From Octopus sinensis (lineage: Eukaryota): a stretch of 40,403 bases of DNA. Below the pieces are notes generated by a model. The model saw only the letters and a program-made list of their open reading frames with translations. It searched no databases and was not told where the DNA came from. A program made the position numbers and the translations under genes. The stretch lies in the NCBI RefSeq assembly GCF_006345805.1, contig NW_021835402.1:1-40403 (forward strand), given 5' to 3'. Shown here one piece after another: positions 10,259 through 21,443 of this stretch. Position 1 is the stretch's first letter. Each line of letters opens with the position of its first letter.

Positions 10259-13200
10259 TCACTTTCTTTTCAAGTGGTACTTGAAGAAGTTGATGAGAGA
10301 TTGACCAGAGAGGAAAGTGTTTGTCTCCAATCCTTTCAGACGCGTCCACCAGATACATTCTTTCGCCATAGCCACAAGGATGATGAAAATAGCTCTTCCT
10401 TCCCGTTTGAAGGAAGGAGGCGTGACAATATTGACGATAGACTCAGCTGATAAACCGACTCGTCCCACACGTGACAGCAGTTGTTCGACATAAGCCCACA
10501 GGTCGGAAATTGTTGGACACTGAACGAGTGCGTGCAGAACGGTTTCGTCGCTCTGACCGCATCTCGGGCAGGTCGGCCCCGTGTTTCTCGAGCCGTGTCT
10601 GTAGAGCTTATCCCGAACGGGTAGCGCTTCTCGGTAGCACTGCCAGGCCAGGGATCTCTGGAAGTTGTCCATGGGCCCTGGCCCGAAAGTCGTCCCGAAC
10701 AGGCGGGTCAGGTACTCCTCGTCGACGTCCAGGTTCGCCCCGAGCTCGTCGTCGTACCTCCCCTCCACTAAACCCCTATAGAATGCTTTGGTTGTGTTGA
10801 AGTCACTTAAGGTCGACCCAGGACGGCAGAGTTGCTTGAGAGCAACGCGACACTCGCGGTGCCATTCGCCCTTCCTCGGCCTCTTTTGATCCACGACTGC
10901 AGTTCGGTCATGGAGACGAGCTGCGGGAAAGCGTGCCTCACAAACGGCGACCACACCTGTTCACCGTCGTCTACATAGAGCCAGAGATGTCGCAGTCTCA
11001 GCGCGTGTCTGCGCATCATCAACCACGGCATGCCCAGCCCTCCTTTTAACGGGTGTTGACAGCAAATGGATCGCCTGACCATCGGGACGCATCCTTTCCA
11101 CAAGAAGCGAAAGAGGATGCGTTGTAGTTTGGTGATGGTAGGGTCGGGACAAGGTACGACGGTCAGGCGGTGGTAGTAGATGACGGACGCGATGTACGTG
11201 TTCGCCACCTCCGCTCGACCTTTTAGGGACAGTTTCCTCTCGGCCCATTGCCGGGCGAGAGTGACCACCCTACTCGTTATCTCGTTCCAGTTCTTCTCCA
11301 CTTGGAGGTCCGGACCAAACCAGACCCCGAGCAACTCAACCGGGCCGTCGGTCCAGCGTCCCACGACGGAGGCGCTGGTGGACGGCATGGGCTTGCTTCT
11401 CCAGGTGCCTAGTCGCAAGCCCACTGACTTTTCCCGGTTGATTTTCGCTCCTGTCACCGCTTCGTAGTTTTTCAGTGTCTCGCCGACCAGCTCGATGTGC
11501 TCGTGGCTAGACACTATGACGGTGACGTCGTCCGCGTATGCAGACACGCTCGTCCCGCATCCCAATTCTCGCGGGATGCCCCTTAGAGTCGCCAGCTTCC
11601 GCAGTAGTGGCTCAAGAGTCAATACGTATAGAAGCGCCGAGAGGGGGCATCCCTGACGGACCGAACGTGCAATGTCGAAAGGTCTCGATAGATGTCCATT
11701 TACGCGAATTACCGAACGGATGCCTCTGTACAAGGCAGCTATCCAGCCGCGGAAGACGGGACCGAAACCAGCCGCTCTCAGGACTGCCTCCAAGTATCGA
11801 TGGTCTACCCTATCAAAGGCTTTTGATTGATCCAAGTTGATCAGGGCCCCACCCATGCCAGGTTCGTTAACTACCCTGTCTATGATGTAGCGCATCAGAT
11901 GGAGGTTGTCATGGATGGTCCGGCCTGGCACGGCGCATGTTTGCGCCTTGTCGACCAGTTTCTCGATGACAAGCGCCAACCTCTTGGCTAGCACCTTGGC
12001 CAAAATTTTCAAGTCTGCATTAAGCAGAGTGATGGGCCTAAAGTTATCTATTACATTTCCCTTGTTTAGATCTTTCTTCAGCAGTGTTACGGCTCCTCGG
12101 CTCACAAAACCAGGAATGCTCCCGTTTTGCTGCCAGTTGCAGTACACCGCCGCCAAGAGATCTCCAAACAAGTCTGGCATACAATTGTAAAGCTCGTAGG
12201 GTAGACCATCCAAACCCGGTGATTTGTCCCTCGAGCATTCTGCCATCGCTTCCCGCACTTCCGCCGCCGTGATGGCACCTTCGCAGCACCCTGCCTTCTT
12301 GTCGAGAGTCGTGGTAGGCTATGTAGGTAGGCACTGAAGTCCACCCTACGTTCTTGCCCTCCACTCGTTCCGAACAGTCGGGCAAAATGCTGCTGAAAGG
12401 CCTCACACATTTTACTTGGCTCGAGCAATTCGCGCCCCTGTTCATCTACCAGTGACCGAATGGTGGCTTTGTTGCCCTGTTGCGCCTCTGCCACCCGGGC
12501 CTCTCTCGCGGCTCCAACACCTTCGTTCCTTAGAGCACGCATCCTAGCTCTGACAGCACATCCTTCGTGTTTGGCGTTGAAGTGTTGGTCGAGGGCCAAC
12601 CTCGCCGCCAAAACGTCGGATGCGATGCCGCTTCTAATTGCCTCTTCTAGCTTCTTAACTAGCTCACCCTCTACTCTATTTCTATCTATGGCTAGTGCTT
12701 TGCTGTACCTAATCGCTTCTGCTTTTACTGCTCTCTTGAGGGCAAACCACCATTTGTTGTTGATGATGGCTCCCGTCAAAGCCCTCTTTACTAGTGTGCT
12801 AATCCGGTCTCTGAAAACTTGTCTCGATGGGAAAGACGCGTTTAGTTTCCAGTATCCGGGACCCTGCCTAAGTGTCTTACCTAAGTCTAGCGTACATGTC
12901 ACAAGTTTGTGATCCGTGTAGCTGACTATGTGGAATTGTGGACATCCTATGCTATCTCTATCTACTGTCCTACACAGTATCCTATCTAGATACGATCTCG
13001 ACGACCCGATGCGGTTGCTCCATGTCCACGTTGGCGCATTCGGGTGGTCTAGTCGAAACCTGTCAGACAGTTGAAAGCGTCTGAGCAGGTCTCTGAGGCA
13101 TTTGCATCCCCGTCTATTCCTATCTCTACCCACGTAGTCTACATGCGTGTCCAAGGTAGCATTCCAATCCCCCACTAAGAGTAAAGGACGAGACGTTCCC

Positions 13201-13589
13201 AAGAAAACTTCTAGACGTTGAAAGAAATCCGCCCGACCTGTTAAGGGCGGTGCGTAAACTGATACGAGCCGAAAAGCGCACCCATTGCTGCCGTCGACAT
13301 CCAGGACGACCAGTCTACCCTCCGGGTCTACGAATATTGTCCTTACATTGAGATCCAGACTCTTGTGAAAAAGTACCGCGGTGCCACTACCGCCCATTCT
13401 CGGCAGACAGGGGGAAAAATAAATGTTGAACTGTCCGCCAAACATGGTCTTTAGGGCCCGCGGATTGTGGAGTCTGGTCTCGCTTATGGCTATGATTTCT
13501 AACTTATGTGACTTTATGTCATTTAAGAGGTACCCTTGTTTCCAAGGGGACCCCAAGCCACGCGCATTTACACAACCAATCTTGATCAT
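10259..13589 (-). pseudogene. Tx1 ORF2: APE endonuclease, reverse transcriptase and C-terminal zinc knuckle; two apparent 1-nt frameshifts (~12300, ~10885)
   Basis: APE: CVNARG, ISETR, LLVGDWN, SYLDRI, TDH. RT: KSPGLDG, FRPITLLN, LDQSKAFDRV, VRQGCPLS, YADD. Knuckle: CPRCGQSDETVLHALVQC. Confidence 0.93.
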
Positions 13590-13619
13590 AGTTCTAATGA
13601 ATTAGAATACAGAGGGTTA

Positions 13620-15180
13620 CTTACTGCTCGAAAGTTTTTGCTTTCTCCTCCGTTGGTTTGTCCTCGAGAAGATCCCAGTACAGTTTCTTTGTGAGATATT
13701 TTTGGCATTTACCAACCGCACTGGGGAAAATGCCTTTGAGTGTGTGGTGCAGACTTTTGGAGATGTGTATTATTTTGATGTGGTCTGGTGGTGTTGTGTA
13801 TGGGTTGTTGTTTGTTTTTTGTCATCTTCTGTTATGTTTGTTTTTGATTGGATGTATTCCATCAAATTGTGTTTTTGGTGTCTATGGCTGTGAGCATGTT
13901 TGCTGTATATGTTTTTGTGGTGTTGGTGTGGCTGTTGTTTGCGTTGGGTTTGAAATGTCTTCGGGAGATGTATTTCCCCCTGCTTTGTTCGTGTTTGCAT
14001 TTGGTTTGGTTGTGTTTCTGCTCTTTATTTTCCTTCTTTTTGTAGCTATTTGCCATTCCTCACTGGTTTCGTCTTCCGACGAAATTTCTGAGGAATCAGA
14101 AGGGGGTAGGGTATGTTGTGGGCTTCTATGTATGTCTGTGTAAGTGGTTGTGTTGTTGTTTTCGTTGTGTTGGTTGTTGAGTGTTTGTGTGTGTTGAGTG
14201 CGGTATAAGGGATGGGGGATCAGTTTGTGTGTGTTTTCTTGTTTTTCTGTTCCTTTGGGTTTTGCTGTTGATGGTAGTGTTGGTATTTCCAGGTGTCGAG
14301 TGTTTTTGGTTGATGACGGATTAGCTTGGTGTGCTTCTCTTGTCGTCTTCTGTGTTGATGGTGGTGTGGGTAGTAGAGCTTTTTTCCGGAGTGCTTTGGT
14401 TGTGGTAGTGGTTGTTGTTGTTGCTCTTGGTGTGCAGTGGTTGGGCACGTCTTTTCAAGTGTGTTTCGCTTCCACACAAATAGCAGCGTGGTCGCCTGCC
14501 CTCTACCACTATATAGTTTGTAGCCTCCTGGCAGTTCTATAGCGGTGGGTATCTTCTCTCTTGCTGCTTCATCCAATTGAAGCAGGAATTCGATTGATTT
14601 GCCCACATAGTCTTTCTCTCCTAGAACCGCGATTTCCAGGATGTTTGTCTCTGACATTGTCTCTGACATTTCAAAGCAGATGGCAGAGACCACCCATTGT
14701 GTTTCGACATCAAATGGTATGTTTTTTATTTGGACTTTCGTGACCCTTTTGTTTAAATAGACTGGTATCATTACCAAGTCGTCCGAATGTAGCTCCAATG
14801 TGGAAAAACGTTTTGCTAAACTTTCGTTGAGGAAACGTACTTGGACTGTACAAATTTGTTTCCCCAACTGATATATTCCTTGGAGTCCCATACAGGACGA
14901 AGGCATTTATCGATTTTTTCCTGCGGTGCATTTTCTGTTCTTCTTGTTTTTTTGTTTATTACTTTATAAATTATTGTTTTTTTTTGCGTGTTTTCCACGA
15001 TGTGTTGTGGAATATGAAGGTGCAATTTGTCTCCTTCTTTGGAGAAGAGTGCCTTTGTGCGGTTTATCTCTTGTGTGGTGAATGTTACAATTGTTCTTTT
15101 TTTTGTTTTTTACGTCCGCAAAATTCGTTTTGAATTTGGCAGTAGAAGTGTGTAATTGTGGCAGTGTTAATTGAAGTCAT
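13620..15180 (-). pseudogene. Tx1 ORF1 (gag-like) with degenerate zinc knuckle and low-complexity T/P/N-rich C-terminal half; several frameshifts
   Basis: VTKVQIKNIPF (RRM-like) and RPRCYLCGSETHLK knuckle. Lies between the 5' UTR and ORF2. Confidence 0.75.
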
Positions 15181-15310
15181 GGTAGTGGGGTGTGTGGCGG
15201 TATTAGCAGCAGAAGGCTTGGATGTAGCATTTGACGTCGTAGTAGTGGTGTTGGTGTTGGCGGTGTTGTCTTTGGTAGGCGGCTTTGTGCCAATTTCGTT
15301 GTGTTGTAGT

Positions 15311-15326
15311 AGATAGATAGATAGAT

Positions 15327-15385
<59 letters not shown>
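15311..15385. repeat. (GATA)n tract at the Tx1 5' junction
   Basis: Direct reading. Confidence 0.95.
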
Positions 15386-15386
<1 letters not shown>

Positions 15387-15559
15387 CACATGTTTGTGTG
15401 CATGTACAGGGGAAGTCTATCGGTTTAAATGAAACGAAATTATTGTTTTCGAAATTTTTTTCTCTTTTATCAATTGACTTATTTTCCCATCTAAGTCAGA
15501 CATAGGCAGATTAAGTAAAAATAATTGACAGAATAAAAAATCAAATGAAAACATACCCT

Positions 15560-16390
15560 AAGCTTGTACTTTGGAAAAACACTGATGAAATATTGTATAA
15601 ACTTATAAATACAAAATATTAAATCTAATATTTATTTCCTCCAATTCAACATAGAAAGCTACTATTCATCAATTTCACCGATGCATGTTAAACGAAGCCC
15701 TGATTTTCGCAAGTAAAATTATTGATTTAAACAAGGATGAAATTAATGTCGTTCTTATTGCTAAAAAAAAACATCACTTCATTTTCAGAACGGTCTGTGG
15801 ATTAGAATTTGAATGGATTTATGTGATATTATTATAGGATTATCTCATTCTGCAGCGGTTACTGACCTGTTTGGAATATGCCTATTTTATCAAATCAAAG
15901 ATTCATTTAATGATATCGGAGGTAGTTTATATAGAGATGATGCTCTTTTAAATGTTTTTAATTATACCCCTCGGGAATTGAGTGACTCGACAAATAATTA
16001 CATAGTTCCTTTCGACTATATAACCTATCGATATCATTCAAAGGAAATATTTTAAATGTTAAATTACTGGATATTTGGATTTTTGGGCCATCCTTTTCAC
16101 AAACAGAACGAAAATCAGCAATATATCCATAAAGTTTCTAACCAGCCCAAAAGTACTATTAATGGATTATTAAGAAATATTTCAACTAAGATCTCTAGAC
16201 TTTCTGCAAATGAGCAGAAATCCCAGAGTAATGCTGGTTATTATAATAAGGTACTTAGATGCAGTGGCTTTAATGAATGTTTTAATATACACCAAATAAC
16301 ATGTATACAAACCAGGATAAACCAAACACAAATTGTAGAAATAATCGTTTAAAAACGATTATAATATTGAAACGAATAACTCTAATGGTA
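15560..16390 (+). mobile_element. Decayed Penelope-like RT and thumb
   Basis: QFNIESYYSSIS (motif A-like), NEALIFASKII, GGSLYRDDAL (YRDD at 15930-15941), PFHKQNENQQYIHKVSNQP...ISRLSANE...YYNKVLRCSGF. Confidence 0.8.
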
Positions 16391-16417
16391 GCAAAAACAA
16401 CAACAGTGTTGATTTTA

Positions 16418-16419
<2 letters not shown>

Positions 16420-16475
<56 letters not shown>

Positions 16476-16507
16476 TAATAATAATAATAATAATAATAAT
16501 GATGATG

Positions 16508-16553
<46 letters not shown>

Positions 16554-16600
16554 TGATGATGATGATGATGATGATGATAATAATAATAATAATAATAATA
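16420..16600. repeat. (AAT)n/(GAT)n microsatellite
   Basis: Direct reading. Confidence 0.95.
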
Positions 16601-16762
16601 CAACTACGAAAGCAGCAAAACTTCAGCACATTCCATTGTCAAGGAGGCTTGCAAATTTGCAAAGGAACTCGGCATTAATCTTGAATTAGATGAAGAACCT
16701 GAAACCACTTTCACCCAAAAAGCAAAACGGATCAAACAGACTGCATAAAAGAACGGGCAGAA
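16601..16762 (+). mobile_element. R4/Dong-type internal fragment (post-RT region)
   Basis: YESSKTSAHSIVKEACKF...ETTFTQKAKRIKQTA parallels HENKKASYSVTKQAKEY...ETSTEKARRMKTRA of the 31-33 kb element. The 5' junction is in (AAT)n. Confidence 0.65.
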
Positions 16763-17172
16763 ACAATACCACAGATTTACTTGTCAGTTGTTTGACCTTA
16801 ACCACTTGAGCATGTCCTTAGTGGCTGACGATATGTGCATCTCTAGGGATGAGTAAAAGTAGTGGGGGATCATCATAACCATGTGTTGAGAGGAATTCTT
16901 TGGGGTTTGAATTGTTCAACATTCTTAAACAGCCCATGTTCAGGGACCATCTGAACGGGATGGGCTACTCAACCAGACGAAAATTCTAACAGAGTTTTAC
17001 CTGCAAGGTTATGCGCTGTTTATCTTGATATGAAGTCACCATGTCAGGCACATATGGTTGTCATGCATGTGCCTGGTGTACCCTTATCAGACGGATAGCT
17101 GTGATGGGTTTACTTGGCTTCTTTTACTCCAGTGTCATTTTAATGGCATGCACTACTCTCTCACTTAATAAC
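16763..17172 (+). repeat. Unclassified interspersed repeat 'family C', 5'-truncated
   Basis: Reverse-complement match to 29808-30255 (e.g. AACCATGTGTTGAGAGGAATTCTTTGGGGT, CCTGCAAGGT.ATGCGCT.TTTATCTTGATATGA). Confidence 0.85.
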
Positions 17173-17289
17173 TATAGTGACCATACAATCGGACCTATAC
17201 TAATAAGGAATATTAAAAATTTATTCTGTGAACAACAAATATTGAAAGAATTGTAACTTGATATAAAATTCAAATCTGAACACAAATTA

Positions 17290-17485
17290 GAACTAATGAA
17301 CCGAGAATTTTGTTTAAAATACTTAGAAAAAATTTCGCACCGCATCATAAAAAACCGTCCGTCTATAATGATTATACCATAAAACATTCATATTCAGCCA
17401 CAGCTAATTAGCGCAAATTATTGCAACATCCATTTATCATAAAGTTAGAAGAGGATCAACAATAATAATATTTGCAACAATAACG

Positions 17486-17531
<46 letters not shown>

Positions 17532-17544
17532 CAACAACAACAAC

Positions 17545-17585
<41 letters not shown>

Positions 17586-17844
17586 TAATGGTATTTATTA
17601 TTAAAAATAGCAAATTTAACATTAACATTAATAGGAATGAGTATAACTGTAACTGTAGATGTAGTAACTAATGGCCACTTAAATGATATCACCTGAGTAA
17701 AAATGTAATTTATAGATACAATTCCACAAACCATAATATTATCAAGCAATGTATAAGATTTACATCAAATTCTTTGTAAACCAGATCTTCCTCACTTAAA
17801 TATTAATTTTTCAGTCATAAACTAAAACAGCCAACGATTCTTTC

Positions 17845-17891
<47 letters not shown>

Positions 17892-18110
17892 TATCTTATA
17901 TTCAAAGTTATCGATTGTAAAATTGATTGGGGCAATTTAAGTTTTGCAAAACGATACAGGGGAGAAGATGTGATTGCCGATTATGTTCACGTGGAGGATT
18001 TGAAATATTACTGGCTAAAATCTAACTCGTTGAATAAGAACGAGCGAACACTCAATTGCCACCATAAAAAAGGACATTTGAAAACTATAATGCGAAGCCA
18101 TAATAGGTTG
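17290..18110 (+). mobile_element. Continuation of the decayed PLE: linker and GIY-YIG endonuclease, broken by (AAT)n and (TA)n
   Basis: FKILRKNFAPHHK...TIKHSYSATAN (17300-17420); CNCRCSN*WPLK*YHLSKNVIYR...KQCIRFTSN...FSHKLKQPTILSGY (17650-17850); KIDWGNLSFAKRY...SLNKNE...NCHHKK (17920-18080). Confidence 0.65.
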
Positions 18111-18129
18111 TGGATTTTGTATCTATAAT

Positions 18130-18900
18130 TCTATGTCTATATGTATACATGTAACTCTATGCATGTGTGTGTATATGTACTTATATATCTATACCTTTAT
18201 ACAAAATATTGATATATAAGTACAAATACACACACATGCATATAGTCACATACATTCAAACGTACAAAAATCTAGATGTATATATGTATATATCAATGTA
18301 TATATCTGTGTATATATATATAGATATATATATATATATATATATATATACACGTTCGTGTGTACGAATGTATGGCATATGTAAGTGACTATATGCATGT
18401 GCGTAGATATGTCCTATATATATATATATAATATATCTTTATATATATATATATATGAATTTTTATATAAATGTATCGGAGGTTGTATGCCTCCGCGTAT
18501 GATTAACATGAGTAGGTATGTATATATGTTTGTGTATGTATATATGTACTTGTATACGCATGTGCATATGTATATCTATATATATATATATATATTATAT
18601 ATATATATATATATATATGCACGTAAATATATACATATATGTGTGTGTATATATATAATTATATCTATATGTTTGTATGTGTGTGTGTGTGCATATATGC
18701 TAGTTTTTCTGTCTGTGCATATGTATATGTATGTACATACGTGAGCATATGGATAGATGTATCTGTATAAACACATACATATCTGTATGTGTGTGTGTGT
18801 TTAGGTATATGCATCATTATATTTTAATATGTATGTGTTTATGTATTTGTAGATTTATATGTGTGTATGTGTGTGCGTGCGCGTGTGAGTATGAGTGTAC
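18130..18900. repeat. TA/TG low-complexity block
   Basis: Direct reading. Confidence 0.9.
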
Positions 18901-18904
18901 ACAT

Positions 18905-19130
18905 TAATTTATTGTACATTCTTCATCTTTCATGCTTTGTTTTGGCCGTCTTTATTGCTTTTTGATTCCATTTCATTCTTCCTAACCGTGTGGTTTGTGC
19001 TCTTCAACTTGTAACAACGAGCGCTATCTCTTTCTTCATTTTAAACATTCATTTAGATTTCATTTGCTTAGGAAACGATAGATATTCGTTTTTGAATATT
19101 TATTTTTCATTTAATATTTTTCGAATATTA
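18905..19130. repeat. Second copy of the unclassified repeat at 8440-8700
   Basis: See 8440-8700. Confidence 0.75.
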
Positions 19131-19149
19131 TTTATATATATGTATATAT

Positions 19150-19383
19150 ACCGGAGTAAACACATAAATGTGAAACAAGGTGGGAAAAAAGAGTACTCAA
19201 ATACCAGTGGTAGAGTAATATGCTTTATTCAAAAGCAGCAGAAAATTCAACAAAACCTGTTACTCTGAGTTTCACGTTCCCGTTCGTCGGACAGTTTTTG
19301 CTAGAAAAAAACTGTCCGACGAACGGGAACGTGAAACTCAGAGTAACAGGTTTTGTTGAATTGTCTGCTGCTTTTGAATAAAG
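19150..19383. mobile_element. Fold-back element: ~75-nt leader plus 77-bp inverted repeat (19223-19299 / 19307-19383), hammerhead-like fold in each arm
   Basis: One mismatch between arms and a 7-nt loop. The arm reads CTGT CCGACGA ACG GGAA CGT GAAA CTCAGAG TA ACAG. Confidence 0.8.
19309..19353 (+). ncRNA. Minimal type I hammerhead-like motif, U4C core variant (mirror copy on - strand in the left arm)
   Basis: Helix I AAACTGT/ACAG(G)TTT, core CCGACGA 19316-19322, helix II ACG/CGT, GAAA 19333-19336, helix III ACTC-A-GAGT, predicted cleavage after 19345. Confidence 0.65.
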
Positions 19384-19389
19384 TATATG

Positions 19390-19458
<69 letters not shown>

Positions 19459-19459
<1 letters not shown>

Positions 19460-19562
19460 GGCGCAGGCATGTCCGTGTGGTAAGAAGCTTGCTTTCCCAA
19501 CCACATAGTTCGGGGTTCAGTCCTACTGCGTGGCACCTTGGGCAAGGGTTTTCTACTATAGG
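19459..19562 (+). mobile_element. SINE family B head only
   Basis: GCGCAGGCATGTCCGTGTGGTAAGAAGCTTGC...GGTTCAGTCC...GGCACCTTGGGCAAG. Confidence 0.85.
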
Positions 19563-19564
19563 TT

Positions 19565-19790
19565 CTTATAAATTAACTCTGAAATCGGGTCCGATATGAT
19601 AATAACGGAATTTTTTAGTAATTTCCGTCGGCTTTCTTTGAGCCACGTGCTTGTAGTGATGAATTACATTGTTATGGGCGATATGTCTATTTTCAGCATA
19701 TTTGCCATTAGAATTTTTTTTTCTTTTGCCCTTGTTTATAAGTTGTTTATAAATTTAACCATTAAAGTTATTTTTTAATATGCTGGCCAT
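19565..19790 (+). mobile_element. PLE pLTR-like fragment homologous to 38495-38660, carrying only the 3' half of a hammerhead
   Basis: TTAACTCT GAAA TCGG GT CCGA TA...TAATAACG.ATTTTTT...TTTTCAGCATATTTGCCATTAGAATTTTT..CTTTTGCCCTT matches the 38.5-kb unit. Confidence 0.7.
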
Positions 19791-20029
19791 TGCTAGAATT
19801 ATTTTCGAAAATTTTATCCTATATTATATATATATATATACTATATATAATATATATATATTGTATTATTATGTATGTAATGTAAGTATGTATGCGCGAA
19901 TGTATGTATAGGTATAATAAATATGCGCGTACGAGGTACATAGCAGAGGTTTTTTGAAGAGAGGTAGTTGAGTCGTTTTTAGGAGAGGTAGTTATAACTG
20001 ACCCAATTTATAGTAATTTCTATATATCA

Positions 20030-20345
20030 TTACCACCGTGATCACCGTGACTGACCAGGCTATCAGATGTTACTACACATCGCTGATCACAATGCGCTTC
20101 GCATTGCTTTAGCCTTCAAATGACGCCACCCCGCTGGCTAAGCGAGCAGGCCAACAGAAGAAAGAGTGAGAGAAAGTTGTGGTGAAAGAGTGCAGCAGGG
20201 ATTGCCACCACCCTCTGTCGGAGACTCGTGGAGCTTTAGGTATTTTCGCTCAATAAACACTCACAACGCCCGGTGTGAGAATCGAAACAGCGATCCTACG
20301 ACCGCGTGTCCGCTGCCCTAACCACTGGGCCATTGCGCCTCCACT
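20030..20345 (-). mobile_element. tRNA-derived SINE family D
   Basis: Head GGAGGCGCAATGGCCCAGTGGTTAGGGC...GTTTCGATTCTC with box A and box B. Confidence 0.85.
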
Positions 20346-20354
20346 ATATATCAG

Positions 20355-20531
20355 ATTTCGTCTGCCGTTACGTTCTGAGTTCAAATTCCGCCGAGGTCGA
20401 TTTTGCCTTTCATCCTTTCGGGGTCGATAAATTAAGTACCAGTTACGCACTGGGCTCGATGTAATCGACTTGATCCGTTTGTCTGTCCTTGTTTGTCCCC
20501 TCTGTGTTTAGCCCCTTGTGGGTAGTAAAGA
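20355..20531 (+). mobile_element. SINE family A, 5'-truncated near ATTTCGTC
   Basis: Matches body and tail of 22038-22260. Confidence 0.9.
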
Positions 20532-20797
20532 ATTACACTATATATCATTACTATTCATCTAATTAGCTGACATGCCAACTTTTGTTATGAAGGAGGCGTC
20601 TGTAACAGCACTTTGAACACACCTTGCTAAACGCTGCTTGTTACAGTTTACTAGTTTGCAGAATGCAGTCGGGATGTAATGAAAATGTGGAACCTCGCTA
20701 TTCAAAAAAGTATTGAGTTAAACTGGACAAAAATGCTACATAAATTTATGAAATTCTGCTTCTTGCTTATCGATTAATTTGAATGAACCGAGAATCT

Positions 20798-20987
20798 GGT
20801 GTATAGGTATATGTGTATCTGTGTATGTATAAATGTATGCATATGCATGAGATGTGTATGTGCGAGTTTACATTTGTGTAAGTTAATTTCTGTAATGTGT
20901 ACGTGTGTATTCATCTGTATGGATACGTATGTGCACACATATATGCATATATATATGTGTGTGCCTATGTATGTGTGTATATATATA
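20798..20987 (+). repeat. Low-complexity block duplicated at 22500-22770
   Basis: Long identical runs such as TTTGTGTAAGTTAATTTCTGTAATGTGTACGTGTGTATTCATCTGTATGGATACGTATGTGCACACATATATGCATAT. Confidence 0.9.
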
Positions 20988-21143
20988 ATGGGTGCAAGTG
21001 GCCATGCAAAGCAAGTCCGTCGGGAAGATCATGATGATATCCTTTTCGAGTGCAATGATATCATCCACATCTGCAGATTACCTTTAGCCAGTCGGTCAAC
21101 AAAGAGTACTTTGTGGAGGTTTTGAGAGAATTTAAGGAGAGAT

Positions 21144-21443
21144 ATTTCGTTTTGGGATTTGGTTTGCAAGATTCTTTATTTGAGTTCGTGTGTTGAAGCA
21201 TATTCTGTTGTGTCTGGGGAGAGTCATTTTCTTTTTGTGCCTTATAATGTAACACACTCACCGGTAAAATTTCCCCCTTATTTCTTATTTTTATTTTCCT
21301 AAAATTTTCGTTGCGTCTTGTAACTAAGACTATTGAAAAGGTTGCAAGACGCAACGAAAATTTTAGGACAATAAAAAATTTTTTTTAAATAGAAATACAA
21401 GTGGAAATTTTACCGGTGAGTGTGTAACATTATAAGGAGAGAT
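21144..21443. mobile_element. 300-bp fold-back insertion (leader plus inverted repeat 21240-21324 / 21341-21437) with 11-bp target duplication
   Basis: TAAGGAGAGAT at 21133-21143 and 21433-21443. Removing the insert restores the mariner reading EFKERF*RIRPE. Confidence 0.8.

Larger units (their letters stand above)
9761..15310 (-). mobile_element. Full-length L1/Tx1-clade non-LTR retrotransposon (ORF1 + APE-RT-CCHC ORF2), frameshifted
   Basis: The 5' end at 15310 and the 3' end (...GTGGCTAATAAAGAAACA) both abut (GATA)n. Domain order is typical of L1/Tx1. Confidence 0.93.

Noticed and set aside
15582-15640. CTGATGA followed by an AATATT stem
   Set aside because: No GAAA follows, and the sequence is in-frame PLE RT coding (WKNTDEIL).
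20280-20345. tRNA-like sequences here and in other SINE heads
   Set aside because: Box A/B are present but the cloverleaf is incomplete and continues into repeat bodies. These are SINE heads, not tRNA genes.
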